Part shown: in pieces, positions 52,477 through 64,000 of the stretch
Position numbering within the stretch: the first letter of the stretch is position 1
How the letters are laid out: each line of letters begins with the position of its first letter
Source: Camelus dromedarius
Lineage: Eukaryota
Reading direction: 5' to 3'
DNA: 64,000 nucleotides
Assembly: GCF_036321535.1 (NCBI RefSeq)
Contig: NC_087436.1
Location: forward strand, 30,816,001 to 30,880,000
Made by a program: the position numbers and the translations under genes
Notes under the pieces: generated by a model
Databases searched by the model: none
The model's input: only the letters and a program-made list of their open reading frames with translations
What the model was told of the DNA's origin: nothing

Positions 52477-52977
52477 TGCTTTTATTAGTTTCCTATTGCC
52501 ACTGTAACAAAGTATCACAAACTTACTGGTATTAATAAATCATAAATTCATTCTCTTATAGTTCTGGAGGTCTGAAGTCTGAAATCATCAGATACACAAG
52601 CTGACATCAAATTATCAGCAAGGCTGGTTCCTTTTGAAGGCTGAGAGGAAAACCCAATTACTTTGCCTTTTTCAGCTTCCAGTGGCCTGTGTTCCTTGAC
52701 TTGTGCTCTTTCTCCATCTTCAAAACACATCTTCCAATTTCTGTTTTCCTCATCACATCACTTTTTCCCCTTTTGTAGTCACATCTCCCTCTGCCTCCCT
52801 TTTATCAGGACACCTGTAATCACAGGTAGGCTCACAAGGGTATTCCAGGGTAACTTCTCCAAAGATCTTTAATTTAATCTCATCTTCAGAGTCCTGTTTG
52901 CTCTACAAGGTATCATTCACAGGTTCCACGATCCAGGATCTGGATATTTGGGGAGGTCATTATTCTGCCTACCACAA
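52477..52977 (-). mobile_element. MaLR LTR (MLT1C type)
   Basis: attagtttcctattgccactgtaacaaagtatcacaaactta...tagttctggaggtctgaagtctgaaatca...gggaggtcattattctgcctaccaca. Confidence 0.92.
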
Positions 52978-53889
52978 TGTTCCAGCCCCCCACATAACTT
53001 TACACAAAAACACAGTAATTATATATATATAACTTTCAATTGTATATGGCCTTCCCAAGTTTCTACTCAACCTCAAAACCAAACTGATTTTGAGGTTGAG
53101 TAGGAATTCGGTATGGCATTATCTCTTCTGTGAGGTTTTTAACATCCTTCACTGCCTTCAGGATCATTCCTTTGAACTTTGTACATAATTTTGTGAGGTG
53201 ATTTGCTTGCTTGCAACTCTTACTATATTTGATATTCTTGTATATTTTTATTTTTGCAACCCTAGTGATTAGCACAATAAATAACCCAAGATATAATGAT
53301 ACAGTAACACATAATTAAGCTTTCCATTGTGCACTAAATAAAATGTTAACTGATTTCTAGAATTCCTTGGGTAGTCACTTGGCACACAATGTTTACTCTA
53401 ATTGATCATATGTAATCAACTGACTAATTAGTATTTATAATGTACTTACTATGTGTAGGTATTGTGAAATTTTTTACTTCAAATAGTTCATCTGAAGACA
53501 AGTGAAGACAGTAAGTGGTGAAGAAGTAAAATGTAACTCTTTCAGATAAATTAACATAGAACATTTCCTAGTTTAAAAAATATTTTTTCTTCTCTATATT
53601 GTGTATACATTCTACTTTATTCAAAAGGAAAGAATAAGAGGTAGCAGAAAATTACTTCAAATAATCAGATTAAACTTTTATTTTATATGTGTTTATGTGG
53701 ATCACAGTTAATTTCTGTTCCCTTCATGTAAAAACTATACATATGCTAGATACTTTTACTTAAAATATTCAAATTAATGCTCCAGTGTTAAAATAAGTCT
53801 ACAGTCAACCTTCTGCATTAAAAATACGTAGATTACATTTTGGACAATATAGTTTGTAAAAAAAAAAAAGGAAATTTGATATTAGTAGT

Positions 53890-54110
53890 TACAATAAGGC
53901 ATAGTTTATAATATTTTAATCTCACTGCCAATAACTAGTTGTGTAACTTTGGGCAAATAACTTAATCTTTCAAAATATCCATTTTCTCATCTCTAAAATG
54001 GGTAAATACTGGCATTTATTTACCTGATAAATTAGCTTATTGTAAGAAGTAAATAATGCAGTGCCTGTAAGGCATTTAGGTCAATGTCTAGCTTCAATAA
54101 ATTGTAGCTA
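53890..54110 (+). mobile_element. MIR SINE
   Basis: actagttgtgtaactttgggcaaataacttaatcttt...ttttctcatctctaaaatggg. Confidence 0.85.
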
Positions 54111-54519
54111 TGAAATTTCTTCTAAATTGTGCCACACGGCTGTGGCTAAATCATAGCTTTTCCAGTAGCTAAACAAGTTAATTTTATTTTAGACCAGAAT
54201 TAGGATCACTTGACATCAATGAGATTCCCAGTCTAATATATTGAAAACATGTGTCACAAAAGAAAGAGCTGGGGGTTAGATGTCTCCCTGGATATCTCAA
54301 TAAATGAGATGAAGTAAGGAGTTAAGGGTTGTCTTAGAGAGACATGAATTCCAGTTAACTTAGAGCAAGGCAGAAGGTAGTGTGTTGTCTCTGAAGGTTG
54401 CTTCCTCACATAATGAAAATAAACTTAGTTTAGATCTTAGAAACTTTTCTGAAGGAGGAAAGCATCTTCATGGTGTCAATAGTTTGCCCCCAATTTAATT
54501 AATCATCTCAAGTTCTAAC

Positions 54520-54790
54520 AACTTAAGATAAATAAAGTCTGAGGATCTAATGTATAACATGGTGATTATAACTGATAACACTGTATTTAACTGAAATTTG
54601 CTAGAAGAGTAGACCTTTAAAGGTTCTCATTTTTAAAAAAGATAAATGTGAGGTGGTGGTATTGTGAATTAACTATGAGGGTGATGGATTCCTTTCATGA
54701 TATATAAAAAGTGTATAAAATCATCATGTTACACACTTTAAATAATACAACTTGATTTATCAATTGTACCTCAGTAAAGCTGGAAAAAAA
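54520..54790 (+). mobile_element. L1MA9/10-type 3' end
   Basis: gaggatctaatgtataacatggtgattata...aactgaaatttgctagaagagtaga...tcaattgtacctcagtaaagctggaaaaaaa. Confidence 0.88.
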
Positions 54791-57039
54791 TTAATTCTCA
54801 CTGAAATAAAAATGATGACAAAGTTGCATGTTTTTTTCTTAAGACATGTTTTACAATTCTCTACCATGAAAGAAAAGTAGTCAAAAAAAAGTTTTACTTT
54901 CTAAAAGCCCTAATTACAAATTAACCACTTTTTCAATTCCCATTTTACTAGTGTTAGAAGTGTATTACTAAAGCATTTATAAAGACATTCTCTCTTATAG
55001 CCACTGTAATTTTATTTACTCTATTTTTCACCATCACTTGAAAATCCTCAACATTGCATTAATGGGCCAAAAGAGTTGATGAACTACCAAGGAGGGACAG
55101 TAATGAAAGAATGATTCTAACTCATTATACAAAAGTTTCCCTAATCTTTGGTTTGTAGCACTACAGATTGTCTATTCACAGTATCATTTGTCAACATGCT
55201 ATTATTATGAAGAGACTTAGTAATATATCATAATTTCAAATTATGTCAGAGTTTTAAACCAAAACAAAAGTCTTTGGCTGTTTGCCACCAATATTTACCA
55301 TCATGAATATTTTCTTTATGAATAACGTTTGGATATAAAAGATACTGTATAATCACACAGATTTATATTTTATTTGCATGTAATAATTGGTAAGAATAAC
55401 GTAATGCCTTGGTGAAGTATATAAAAACTGCACTTACTCATTCACTAGCCATGTTAAACACTGCCAGGAGCCGTATTTCTAACACACCTGTGTAACTAAT
55501 AAACTGCCTTCAGGCTAAAGCAGCTAGTACACAATGTCTTCATCACTGAGAAGTGGCAAAACTCTCTTGTGTTAATGATTAAAAATGTTTTCTCACTTCT
55601 TCCTTGCAGGAAAAATATAGACCCTCTTGAAGTGTTTGGTCACTTCATTTGGAAAGCAGATGAAATGAACACCTAGATGCTACTTTTTCGTTGTTGCTGT
55701 TAAGTTGTTGTATAAATTGTTAGGGAATAAAAGTTTTTAGGGAATAGTAATCCAAAACAATAACAACAACAACAAAACCTAAGATATAGCCCATACATTT
55801 CTATTTTAAAATATACCCTATCAATACTTAAAAGGGAACCAACACAGATAACATAGTGAAAAAATAAATTAATGAAAGAAAATATTTTTTCAAATACTAA
55901 TTGCTTCAAGCTTTTAGCTCAGTTGGAAAGAATGGAGTATTAATGAGCTTTTGATCCCCGTAAGGGTAAATTAAATTTTCACAGAGTAATCTTTGATCCC
56001 TAGCCACAGATTACACCTTGTAATCTCAGCTGGTGATCCAGTAAATGCATTCAGCTGATCACCAGGGGTCTCGGTGTGGGAGGTTGGATGCTTATTGTAA
56101 ATTCATTACGAATAATATAATAATAACTTGAAGCTTTTCTACTCACAGTGGGTAAATCATATCATTTTCATATACAAAAGAATAGGTTAAAAAAATGTTT
56201 GGCAAAATACAGCAATCGAGGTAACTGAAACTTTGCTACTTGGTAAGCACAATAAAAATCAGTTACAATTTCAGATTAATAGCCAGTTCAAAGCTATTTT
56301 ACCCTATAAAAGTAAATTTATTTTAAATTTCAAAAAAAGATCAAATTACTTGCAGTATAAATACTGAGTGACTATTATGAACCTAACTGGGGAGTTTATC
56401 GCTCTGCATGTGCAAACAAAATAGTTACTTTTTAAATGCCATTTACAATCTAGATACATAATGATCCATGCTGATAATATGGACTTTCTTCATTTAATGT
56501 AAGTAAAAATTCAAATGCATGTGGACAAAAGAAGTGAAAACTAAGCAGATGATATGGGACAAATTAATGAACACCTTCTTAATTTCAGTATTCTCTTATA
56601 ACCATAAAATAAGTAGATACTTTGGGTTTTTTACTGATATTGTACTAAACTTTCATTTTAAATTATGAGCCTTATTCTTAACATAATAATCTATGTTCTT
56701 TTCGGCATATAAAGGTTTTCATCTCAACTGAACAGCTTGTTTTATTTACTCTATAAGGATGTACTCACACATTAAATTAGGAAGCTTTATGGCTTCTAAC
56801 TTAAAGTCAAAGTCCCGATAAGCAAATATGGGACTGTAATTTGATTCCTCAATATTCACACCTAGAAACATACTGAAAGTTATATTGCTTACCCCAAAAT
56901 ATTCAGCTCTATGTGGAGGAGAAATTCAATCCAACATCTGATTACAGTGAAAACTTGCTTTCTTTCCCAGAAACCTCTCTGCCTCTCGTGTTTTTAATAG
57001 GATATTCCTGGCCCTGTAACTCCAGTAGTGTAGCAAACA

Positions 57040-57270
57040 GTTATCAATGTGAGTTCTTTCTGAGGTATAAAGACCTAAATAGGATCCCAGCTGTATCATT
57101 TACCTGCTGCATTACTTTACAGAACTTACTTATTTCCCTCAGTTTCCTCATTAGTAAAATAGTTAACGGCTGCCTCTCAGATTGTTGGGAAGATTAAAAT
57201 TACATAATGCCTGTATTTACCACAATGGCAATCACATATTATAAACACAATAATGCTAGCTGTAACTATC
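57040..57270 (+). mobile_element. MIR SINE
   Basis: atcccagctgtatcatttacctgctg...ccctcagtttcctcattagtaaaat...gattgttgggaagattaaa. Confidence 0.8.
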
Positions 57271-57779
57271 ATCACTTATGTGAGTCTTTGGCAAATCATT
57301 TTACTTCACTCTAGATTTCGATGTCCTCATTAATAAACTAAATTAGTGAAATGTTCTCTTCCATAAGTCTTTTATTTTTTTCTATAAAAATAATAGCAAT
57401 AATGTTATAATCAAGTAAATTAAAATTTGGTTAAGTTTTTATGAAACTGTATTCAGTGCAAAACAATCTGTCTTATATAGGACAGAATCTTATATTACAA
57501 ACTGAACTTGGACTTTGAACAGAACATTGGAACAGAAATTAGCTTAGCTATTTTTGTAAGTATTATGTAGTATATTTCTCTTTCATAAGAGAAATAATCA
57601 GACCCTAATATGTAATTATGTTATCTGAAGTTAGTATGTAGTTAATAGAAATGGCAGGTACCAGAGAGATGGAAGCCCTATTCAAAACCTAAAGACATAA
57701 AACATTTGATGGAAAAAAAACCTACAACATAGAATAGTACAACTATCGTTAGATGGTGTATTAATTACTTGGCATAAAA

Positions 57780-58240
57780 AGGCTCTGTCTTGTGATCCCT
57801 GCTCCAGCTACATTGTAAAGATGTTTTCCTGGACGGTGATGGACAAGCTCCTACATTAAGATCTTTGCACATGCAGTTCTCTACCTAAACATATCTTGCT
57901 CCCTTATTTTCTTCATGTTTTTGATGAAAATAAAGTTTTGAAGGTCCTTCTCTACTCATCTTATTTAAAATGTAAACTCCTTCCCCAGCTGAGGCAATCC
58001 TTATTCCCTTTCCTCCTTCAACATCTTTACCTCTTTTAAAATCCTTTTACAAATCGATAGCATTTATCACTACTTAATACACCACATTTTAATTTTATTT
58101 TGTTTATTGCCTATTTCCTTCCATTAGAATGTAATTTTTAAAGAAATTTTTAATTTTTTTATTTCCACCTTTGTAAATTAGTAGTTAGAACAATGCCTAG
58201 CATATAATAGATATTCAGTAAACCTACTGAAGGAGTAAAT
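57780..58240 (+). mobile_element. L2 LINE 3' fragment
   Basis: ctttgcacatgcagttctct...ccattagaatgtaa...agaacaatgcctagcatataatagatattcagtaaa. Confidence 0.8.
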
Positions 58241-58959
58241 TAAGTATTTCTGAAATTTTTACAAAACAAGAAAACTGATAGTAAGGACAATCTCTAAGCA
58301 GTAGTCCTAGATGGCTATCATTCAAACAGGGAAGAGAAATACACTTTTCACTTTATAGATTCTTTTTATACCTTTGAATGAACACATTAATTGTATGCAT
58401 ACACATTCAAGTATAAATATTTTAGAGAGAAAGGATGTTTCTTAGAGATTCTAAATATTGAATATGATGGAGAGAAGTGAGTTGGCTGACCACAGATTAC
58501 ACAGACACAATCTCTCATCTGCTTCTTTAGATGACCACTAGATTATTCTGAATGTTTATTATAAAATATATTTACTTCATTTATTTCTATGATTTCTGTC
58601 TTTTGTAAGTGGCTATTACTCAAACAGTAAACATAAAGAAAACTGTTTACTCCTTTGGGTTGTTGAAAAAAAAATCACTTTCTGTGCAATTCCATCTACA
58701 TGGTTTGGCAGGTTTTTTTTTTTTTTTTTGATATAAACAAGTTCAGTTGTTATTCCCCGAGTGAGTTGGGAAAATGAGCTTCTGTTCACACCTAAATTTT
58801 TTCACCTTAAGTAAGTTCTCCCTTATACTAAGAAAACATCTCTTTCAATTAGATCCAGGCCACCAGATACAAGAAATATCAAGCTCATGTCAAATGTATC
58901 AAAAGTATTGCAGAGGGAACTTGAAGTCTTTTCCTGTATCCCTCTGAAATGTCACTTCA

Positions 58960-59097
58960 GTACAGTTGCTACTAGTTACATGTAGCTTTTTAAATTAAAA
59001 TAAATTAAAATAAAATAAATTAAAATTGCACTAGGCCACATTCCAGGTACTCAAAAGCCACATGTAGCTAATGACCACCATTGGGGACAGCACAGAT
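58960..59097 (+). mobile_element. MER3/MER33-type hAT fragment
   Basis: gccacattccaggtactcaaaagccacatgtagctaatgaccaccattggggacagcacag. Confidence 0.8.
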
Positions 59098-59759
59098 AAA
59101 AACTATTTTAATATTTTCATCACTTACAGCACAGGAAGAATGGATTTGTCCTGCCCTACCTGAAGCTAAGGCAAAAAAGCCTGCATAAATCTAGAGATTA
59201 TAAGTACATCAAACACATATGGTAATGGCTTTTTCACAGAAAGAAGTATTCCTTTAAAACATCACCTGATCAATCTTTGGTCAAATAGAGGACAGTAGCA
59301 TCCAGCAAGGTGTTTGTAGGTATTATATTTACTAGGTTTTCAATAAACATATGTTGAAAAAGTAGCTAATCATTACTTCATGGTTGCTTATCATGTGCAA
59401 ATCACTGTTTGAGACCTTTGCAAGAATATTATTATATACACCATTATACATAGTCTATTATATATATATATATGTACATAAATAAATTATACCAGAAATT
59501 ATTATTTTATAGCAGTCATTTCTGGTCTCTGTTTTTAAGCCATCACTTGAGAAAACTGTTGAATCAGAATTATATGACTCAATATCATTACATAACTATT
59601 TAAAATGAAAGAATTCTATATGTCTGTTATAATTCAAGGCACACAAACATTGGTAAACTAGAAGTCTTCTGGTCATACCAGATCCTTTCACTTCTTCATA
59701 TATAAGAGCCTTCTTAACAGGCTCCAGTACCTCTCTGTTTCAGATTTTTCACTCCTGTT

Positions 59760-60045
59760 TCTCCTTTAGAGTTTACATCAATTGTCATCCTCTCATCAAG
59801 CAAACACTACCCCTCCTTGTAGGCTTAACAAGGCCCCATGTAACATTCTTTCATAGCACTGCTGACACAGCCTTCATATTTAAGTTTGTACTCAAATATT
59901 TAATTTCCTTACTTTATTAAAAGCCAATCCTTTCCACTAGAGAATGAGCTTCATTAAGGCTAGGATTATGGCTATTTTTATACACCTGTATCTCTGACAC
60001 TTGTACACGGTGTATGACCAGTTAATTTAAAAAAATAAATGAATG
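59760..60045 (+). mobile_element. L2 LINE 3' fragment
   Basis: ccactagagaatgagcttcattaaggctaggatt...cctgtatctctgacacttgtacacggtg...aaatgaatg. Confidence 0.7.
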
Positions 60046-60234
60046 CTACCCATGCTTCTTCATGAGTCATCTCCTTCCACACTTCAGGCCTACTGAAATT
60101 TACTTAAATGTGATAACAGTTTAAATGGGTGGGTGGGAAAAGAGACTACTTCTTTTGGATCACTGCCTTAAATGCTTCTCTTCCTCACAGCAGATTTCGA
60201 TCTCCTTCTGTTTAAAGATTAACAACACAATGTC

Positions 60235-60460
60235 AACATGGTACAGTGGAAAGTATAAAAACGTAGGAGTGAGAACACTTCTGTTCTCCCTTATGTTACT
60301 TACCCACTGCATGACCCCAGGAACTGAGCTTCTGTTTCCTAATCTGTGAAATGGGAATAGAACCACCTGTCTTGGTTTACTCAGACGTATCCAGTTTTGT
60401 GAGGGTCATATGATACAAATTGTGTAAAAACATTTTTTGAAATCCAAATTATTATGCAAA
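60235..60460 (+). mobile_element. MIR SINE
   Basis: ggtacagtggaaag...ttacttacccactgcatgacccc...ctgtttcctaatctgtgaaatgggaata. Confidence 0.75.
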
Positions 60461-61944
60461 ACTTGGGAAGGCACTTAAGCTTTCGAGTGGTATGGTTCTT
60501 ATGTTTTCCTCACTCTCTGCCAAATTTAATTTTTTTCCACTTTAACTAGATTTCTTTTCTTCTGCCTGCAAACACTGAGAGTGTCCCCCTCTCCTTTCCT
60601 GCTGTATTTGATTCTCCATCTGTCTACCATCCCATTTTTATTCTCCATTTTACTGCCAACTCACTGCATTTTTTCTTACCAGGTAACTTATCTGTAAAGT
60701 CCTGCAGTCTGGCCTCTTTCTCTATCACTTTACAAAACTGTTCTCAAGTGGCCACCTTCATGCCATACCCTATGGCCATTTCACCATGTTGGTTCTACCT
60801 AAACGCTAACTCATGCATTCAACAGTTTCTTCCAATTGCTACACACTCCAAAACAGTGCATATATACAGTTAGTCTACATTCCTATTTCAGTATTACTTT
60901 GGAAGTGTCTAAGTTCCTATTTAAAATCCACATAAAAATTACTGGATAGTTCTCTCCTTTATAAAATGAAATATACATCTATTTGACAACAAATTTTCAA
61001 GTAAACAACCAGTTCAGTTGAGATATCTTTTGAGTCACAAGAATGATGTAAGTAAATCACTGGTTTGGTTTTGTTTGCTAGGAAAAAGGTCACTATCATC
61101 ACCACTACCAACAACAAAAACTGACCAAGTTCTAATTCTTAAAAGTCAAGATAAAATCAGCATCAACTTGTCCTTCCCAGAGCAAACTTCCTCTCTTATA
61201 GATGTGGTTCAAACGTAGTGATGCATACTCAACTGATAAATGTGCACATGCAATATATTTATTTTTCCCTTAGAAGTGGACTGTGTGCAGGTGTGTGTGC
61301 ATGAGGGGGTAACTGCACCTCTATCTTCGTGGGCTTTAAGTCAGTCAGTCACTGGTTAAAAAAAATACTTACTGACCTTCTACTCCACACCAGTCACTAT
61401 ACAAAATGTTTATATCCACTATTGAACTACAATGTATGAAGTCACCTCTGTAGAGCTTATTTGTTTGGATAGACAATAAATAAGTAAATATATAGAATTT
61501 AAACCCAAATATTTACATAAAAATTATGATAATTGCTATGAGCAGATGTAATGATAGAAAATATCATGGTTTAAGGACTTAAGAGTCACATGAGTGGGAA
61601 ACCAAGGAGGAGGCTGTTTGAGTAGAAGAGATGCAAGGTGGTGATGGTATGAGAGAATGATGGCAGAATAAATGAAGGCTGACTGACCTATTTGCAATAT
61701 AGTTCGGAAGCGGAAACCATGGATTTCCAGAAGGACTAGAAATGTAGGGTAGAGGAGAAATAAGAATTAAGGATGATTTGTGGTTTCTGATTTGAATTTC
61801 TGTGTGGCAAGGGCCCCAAATATTAAGATGAGCAGGCAGAGGTATGGATTGGAGGCGGATAAAATTTATCTTTTAAATATTTTAAGATGACTAAAATAAT
61901 CAATTGAAAAATCTCACAGATTAGTTAAATGCATGATTTTAAAG

Positions 61945-62737
61945 CAGGGGTTGGCAAACTTTTCCTATAAAGGGATAGCTAGTAGATAATTCTGGCTCTC
62001 TATTGCAACTGCTCAACACTGCCCTTGCAGCAAAAAAAGTAGCCATAGAAAATACCTAAACAAATTAACATGCCTGGATTCCAATAAAATTTTATCTTTG
62101 GACAGTTGTCAACTTAAAGAATAATGTACAACCTTAGAGGTATGAATTTAAGTTTTATTCAAGGATCTTATTAAGTAAGGACTATAGCTCAGGAGACAGC
62201 TGCTTAGTAGCTCTGAGGAAACTACTCTAAGGAGGTTGGGGAGAAGCCAATTTATATATGATTTTTGGCTAGGAAATACTTACAGTCAAGCATACATTCT
62301 TGGTAAAAGATTACTGCTATTCACAAAGAACAGATATCTCATGTTAATGACTTTAGTGCTTTTCTATGTATAAGAAGATGCAAGAATCTGGGGTCATTAA
62401 TATTCTTTCCAAAATATATATATATATATAAGGTCCTGCTTATTCAAAGCACAGGTGCCTCGCCCTGTTTTTCATCCTGAATGCCTCTCAGGTTGCACTG
62501 TGGGTGGGCAACTGCAGTGGCTGATCACTTAATCCTTGTAGAACTGGGTGGTAAGCAACACTTTGCTCCTTTTTTGTTTATATACTGTAACTTAAATTTT
62601 ATATAATTTTATGCGTCATGAAATATTCATATTTAGATTTTTTCTAACCATTTAAACCTATAAAAACCACCTCATATCTGAGCAAAAACAGACTTTGGGC
62701 TGTATCTGACCTATGGGCTATAGTTTTTCAACCCATC
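61945..62737 (+). mobile_element. MER58B hAT-Charlie element, split by an LTR insertion
   Basis: Starts caggggttggcaaacttttcctataaagg and continues ttccaataaaattttat...ggaca. Resumes at 62583 (tttatataatttt...aaccatttaaa) and ends tagtttttcaaccc. Confidence 0.88.
62107..62582 (-). mobile_element. MER41-like ERV1 LTR (artiodactyl type)
   Basis: tgtcaacttaaag...gttttattc...aggactatagctcaggagacagc...tagctctgaggaaactactctaaggaggt...gttaatgactttagtgcttttctatgtataagaagatgcaagaatctggg. CAGT/TACT flanks. Confidence 0.85.
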
Positions 62738-62959
62738 TTTTAGGCAGATAATAGTCCCAGTCTGAAGAAAGCAGATAGTAATTAAAATCATAAAAATAAA
62801 TAAAACTGCATATGAAGTGTAGGATAATATAAAAGATGATCCAGATATAAGGCCTGGAAAACTCTAAGAGTTAAAGATTATATAGAAGAAGATACTGTGA
62901 GGAAGACTGAAAAGGAGCAGGTTGAGCAGTAGAAAGAAACCAAAGAGAATATGGTACCA

Positions 62960-63512
62960 TGATCTTGAGAAAGAAAAAGGCAATGCTGACAGCCATCAGA
63001 TGGAAGCTGGCCTGGCACAGAGCTAGGCCATGGTATTTTCCAGTTGAATGTGAACAATTTCAACACCAGCTTCAGACAAGGTCACTATGTAATCATGATG
63101 CTGTGAAACAAAAACAAGAGGACTCTGACCACAGACAAACATAAGAACATTATGAAAACTACAAATATTTCCAAACTTCCCAACTCCCAACTAATAAGAG
63201 TAGCAGCTGCTTCTTCACACTTACAGCTTTAGTCTTACCCTGTTCTTTCTACCTACAAAATAAAAATTATTAAGATGCACAGCCATAGAATCCAGTTGCT
63301 TCCTCAAAGCACTCAGTCTAGAACAGATTCCATTCCTTGAACCTTCCTCCAAATCACATAATACAAGCCCAAAACCTGTAACAAGAACTTCTTGGCACAT
63401 CTAATTAAGATGCCTCACAGTTCCCTGTGGAATATAGTCCCCTTCCTGCACCAGATATCCAAAAGCCCAATTTGTTCAACTACAAGTGATCTTTGACTCG
63501 TGGACCTCAACA
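62960..63512 (+). mobile_element. ERV1 LTR (MER89-like)
   Basis: tcagacaaggtcactatgtaatcatgat...aaacaaaaacaagaggactc...cccaatttgttcaactacaagtg...caaca. Confidence 0.75.
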
Positions 63513-64000
63513 AAGAGAATGTCTCAAAGAAGGACTTTTAACTGTATCAAATGCTGAAGAGAAGTCAAATAAGATGGGGACTGAAAAGTGACTAGTGGAT
63601 TTGTTTACATGAAAATAGTTGGTGTGTTTAACAGCAACAAAAACAGTCCATTCTAGTGGTTGAAGCAAATGTCAGACTGTACAGGGATCTTGTGTAAATG
63701 CAGAGTACAAAAATAAAAACAGCATTCAGACAAGTCTGCAAGTATGTGAATTTGATGTGAAGAAGAGCAAAAATGGATACATTTCACCAAAAACTATTCT
63801 AATTATAGCCTGGTATTTAATTTCTATTCCTAAAATACTTTATAGGTGTTGCTTAGCATACACTGAATTAAAGATCTATAGTAAAATCTCTTTTGATGAT
63901 GAGATTTCAAGTATTTCCATCCTACGAATGGCATAAAGTAACGAGAATGATTTTAAGTGGGAAATATTTTAGCAATTATATATTTCACAGGGAAATATTT

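Larger units (their letters stand above)
61340..63780 (-). mobile_element. L2 LINE fragmented by MER58B, a MER41-like LTR and MER89
   Basis: L2 antisense 3' end near 61345 (aaatacttactgaccttctact). L2 resumes at about 62740-62960 and 63513-63780 (tatcaaatgctgaagagaagtcaaataagatggggactgaaaagtga). Confidence 0.75.

Noticed and set aside
55590..55680. Plus-strand acceptor (cttcttccttgcag) with a short frame ending in a stop
   Set aside because: No donor or partner exon is identified and the peptide is unrecognised.
576..63144. ORF-track ORFs (60-129 aa) as host genes
   Set aside because: They are short, many have non-ATG starts, many lie in repeats, and none resembles a protein I recognise. 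Only the ERV pro/pol fragments and an L1 ORF2 end are meaningful.
1..64000. CRISPR array, operons, CpG island or rRNA genes
   Set aside because: No regularly spaced repeats, gene-dense organisation, CpG-rich tract or rRNA-like sequence is seen; the DNA is clearly mammalian and repeat-rich.

Overview
AT-rich, CpG-depleted mammalian intergenic or intronic DNA. A tRNA-derived Vic-1-type SINE and young L1 3' ends point to a camelid genome; Tigger2a_Art-like and MER41-like elements agree with an artiodactyl host. I recognise no host protein-coding exon, RNA gene, CpG island or CRISPR array. Almost all track ORFs are chance or repeat-derived; four or so (34041, 35627, 35959, 36481) are fragments of a fossil retroviral pro-pol. 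The window is mostly interspersed repeats (L1, L2, MIR, MaLR/ERVL/ERV1 LTRs, hAT and Tigger elements). The main feature is a decayed, 5'-truncated class III (ERV-L/ERV-S-related) endogenous retrovirus at about 33.75-38.9 kb. It has readable protease, RT, RNase H and integrase motifs, followed by about 1.2 kb of glycoprotein-like (env-like) remnant that canonical ERV-L lacks. Smaller points of interest: a TSD-flanked 37-bp insertion that breaks the protease frame, two short L1-derived insertions sharing the same 5' start, a twin-palindrome enhancer-like block near 56 kb, nested LTRs, and several exon-like segments. Repeat family names come from recalled consensus sequences rather than a search, and most boundaries are approximate. 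I found no convincing evidence of a wholly new biological system.
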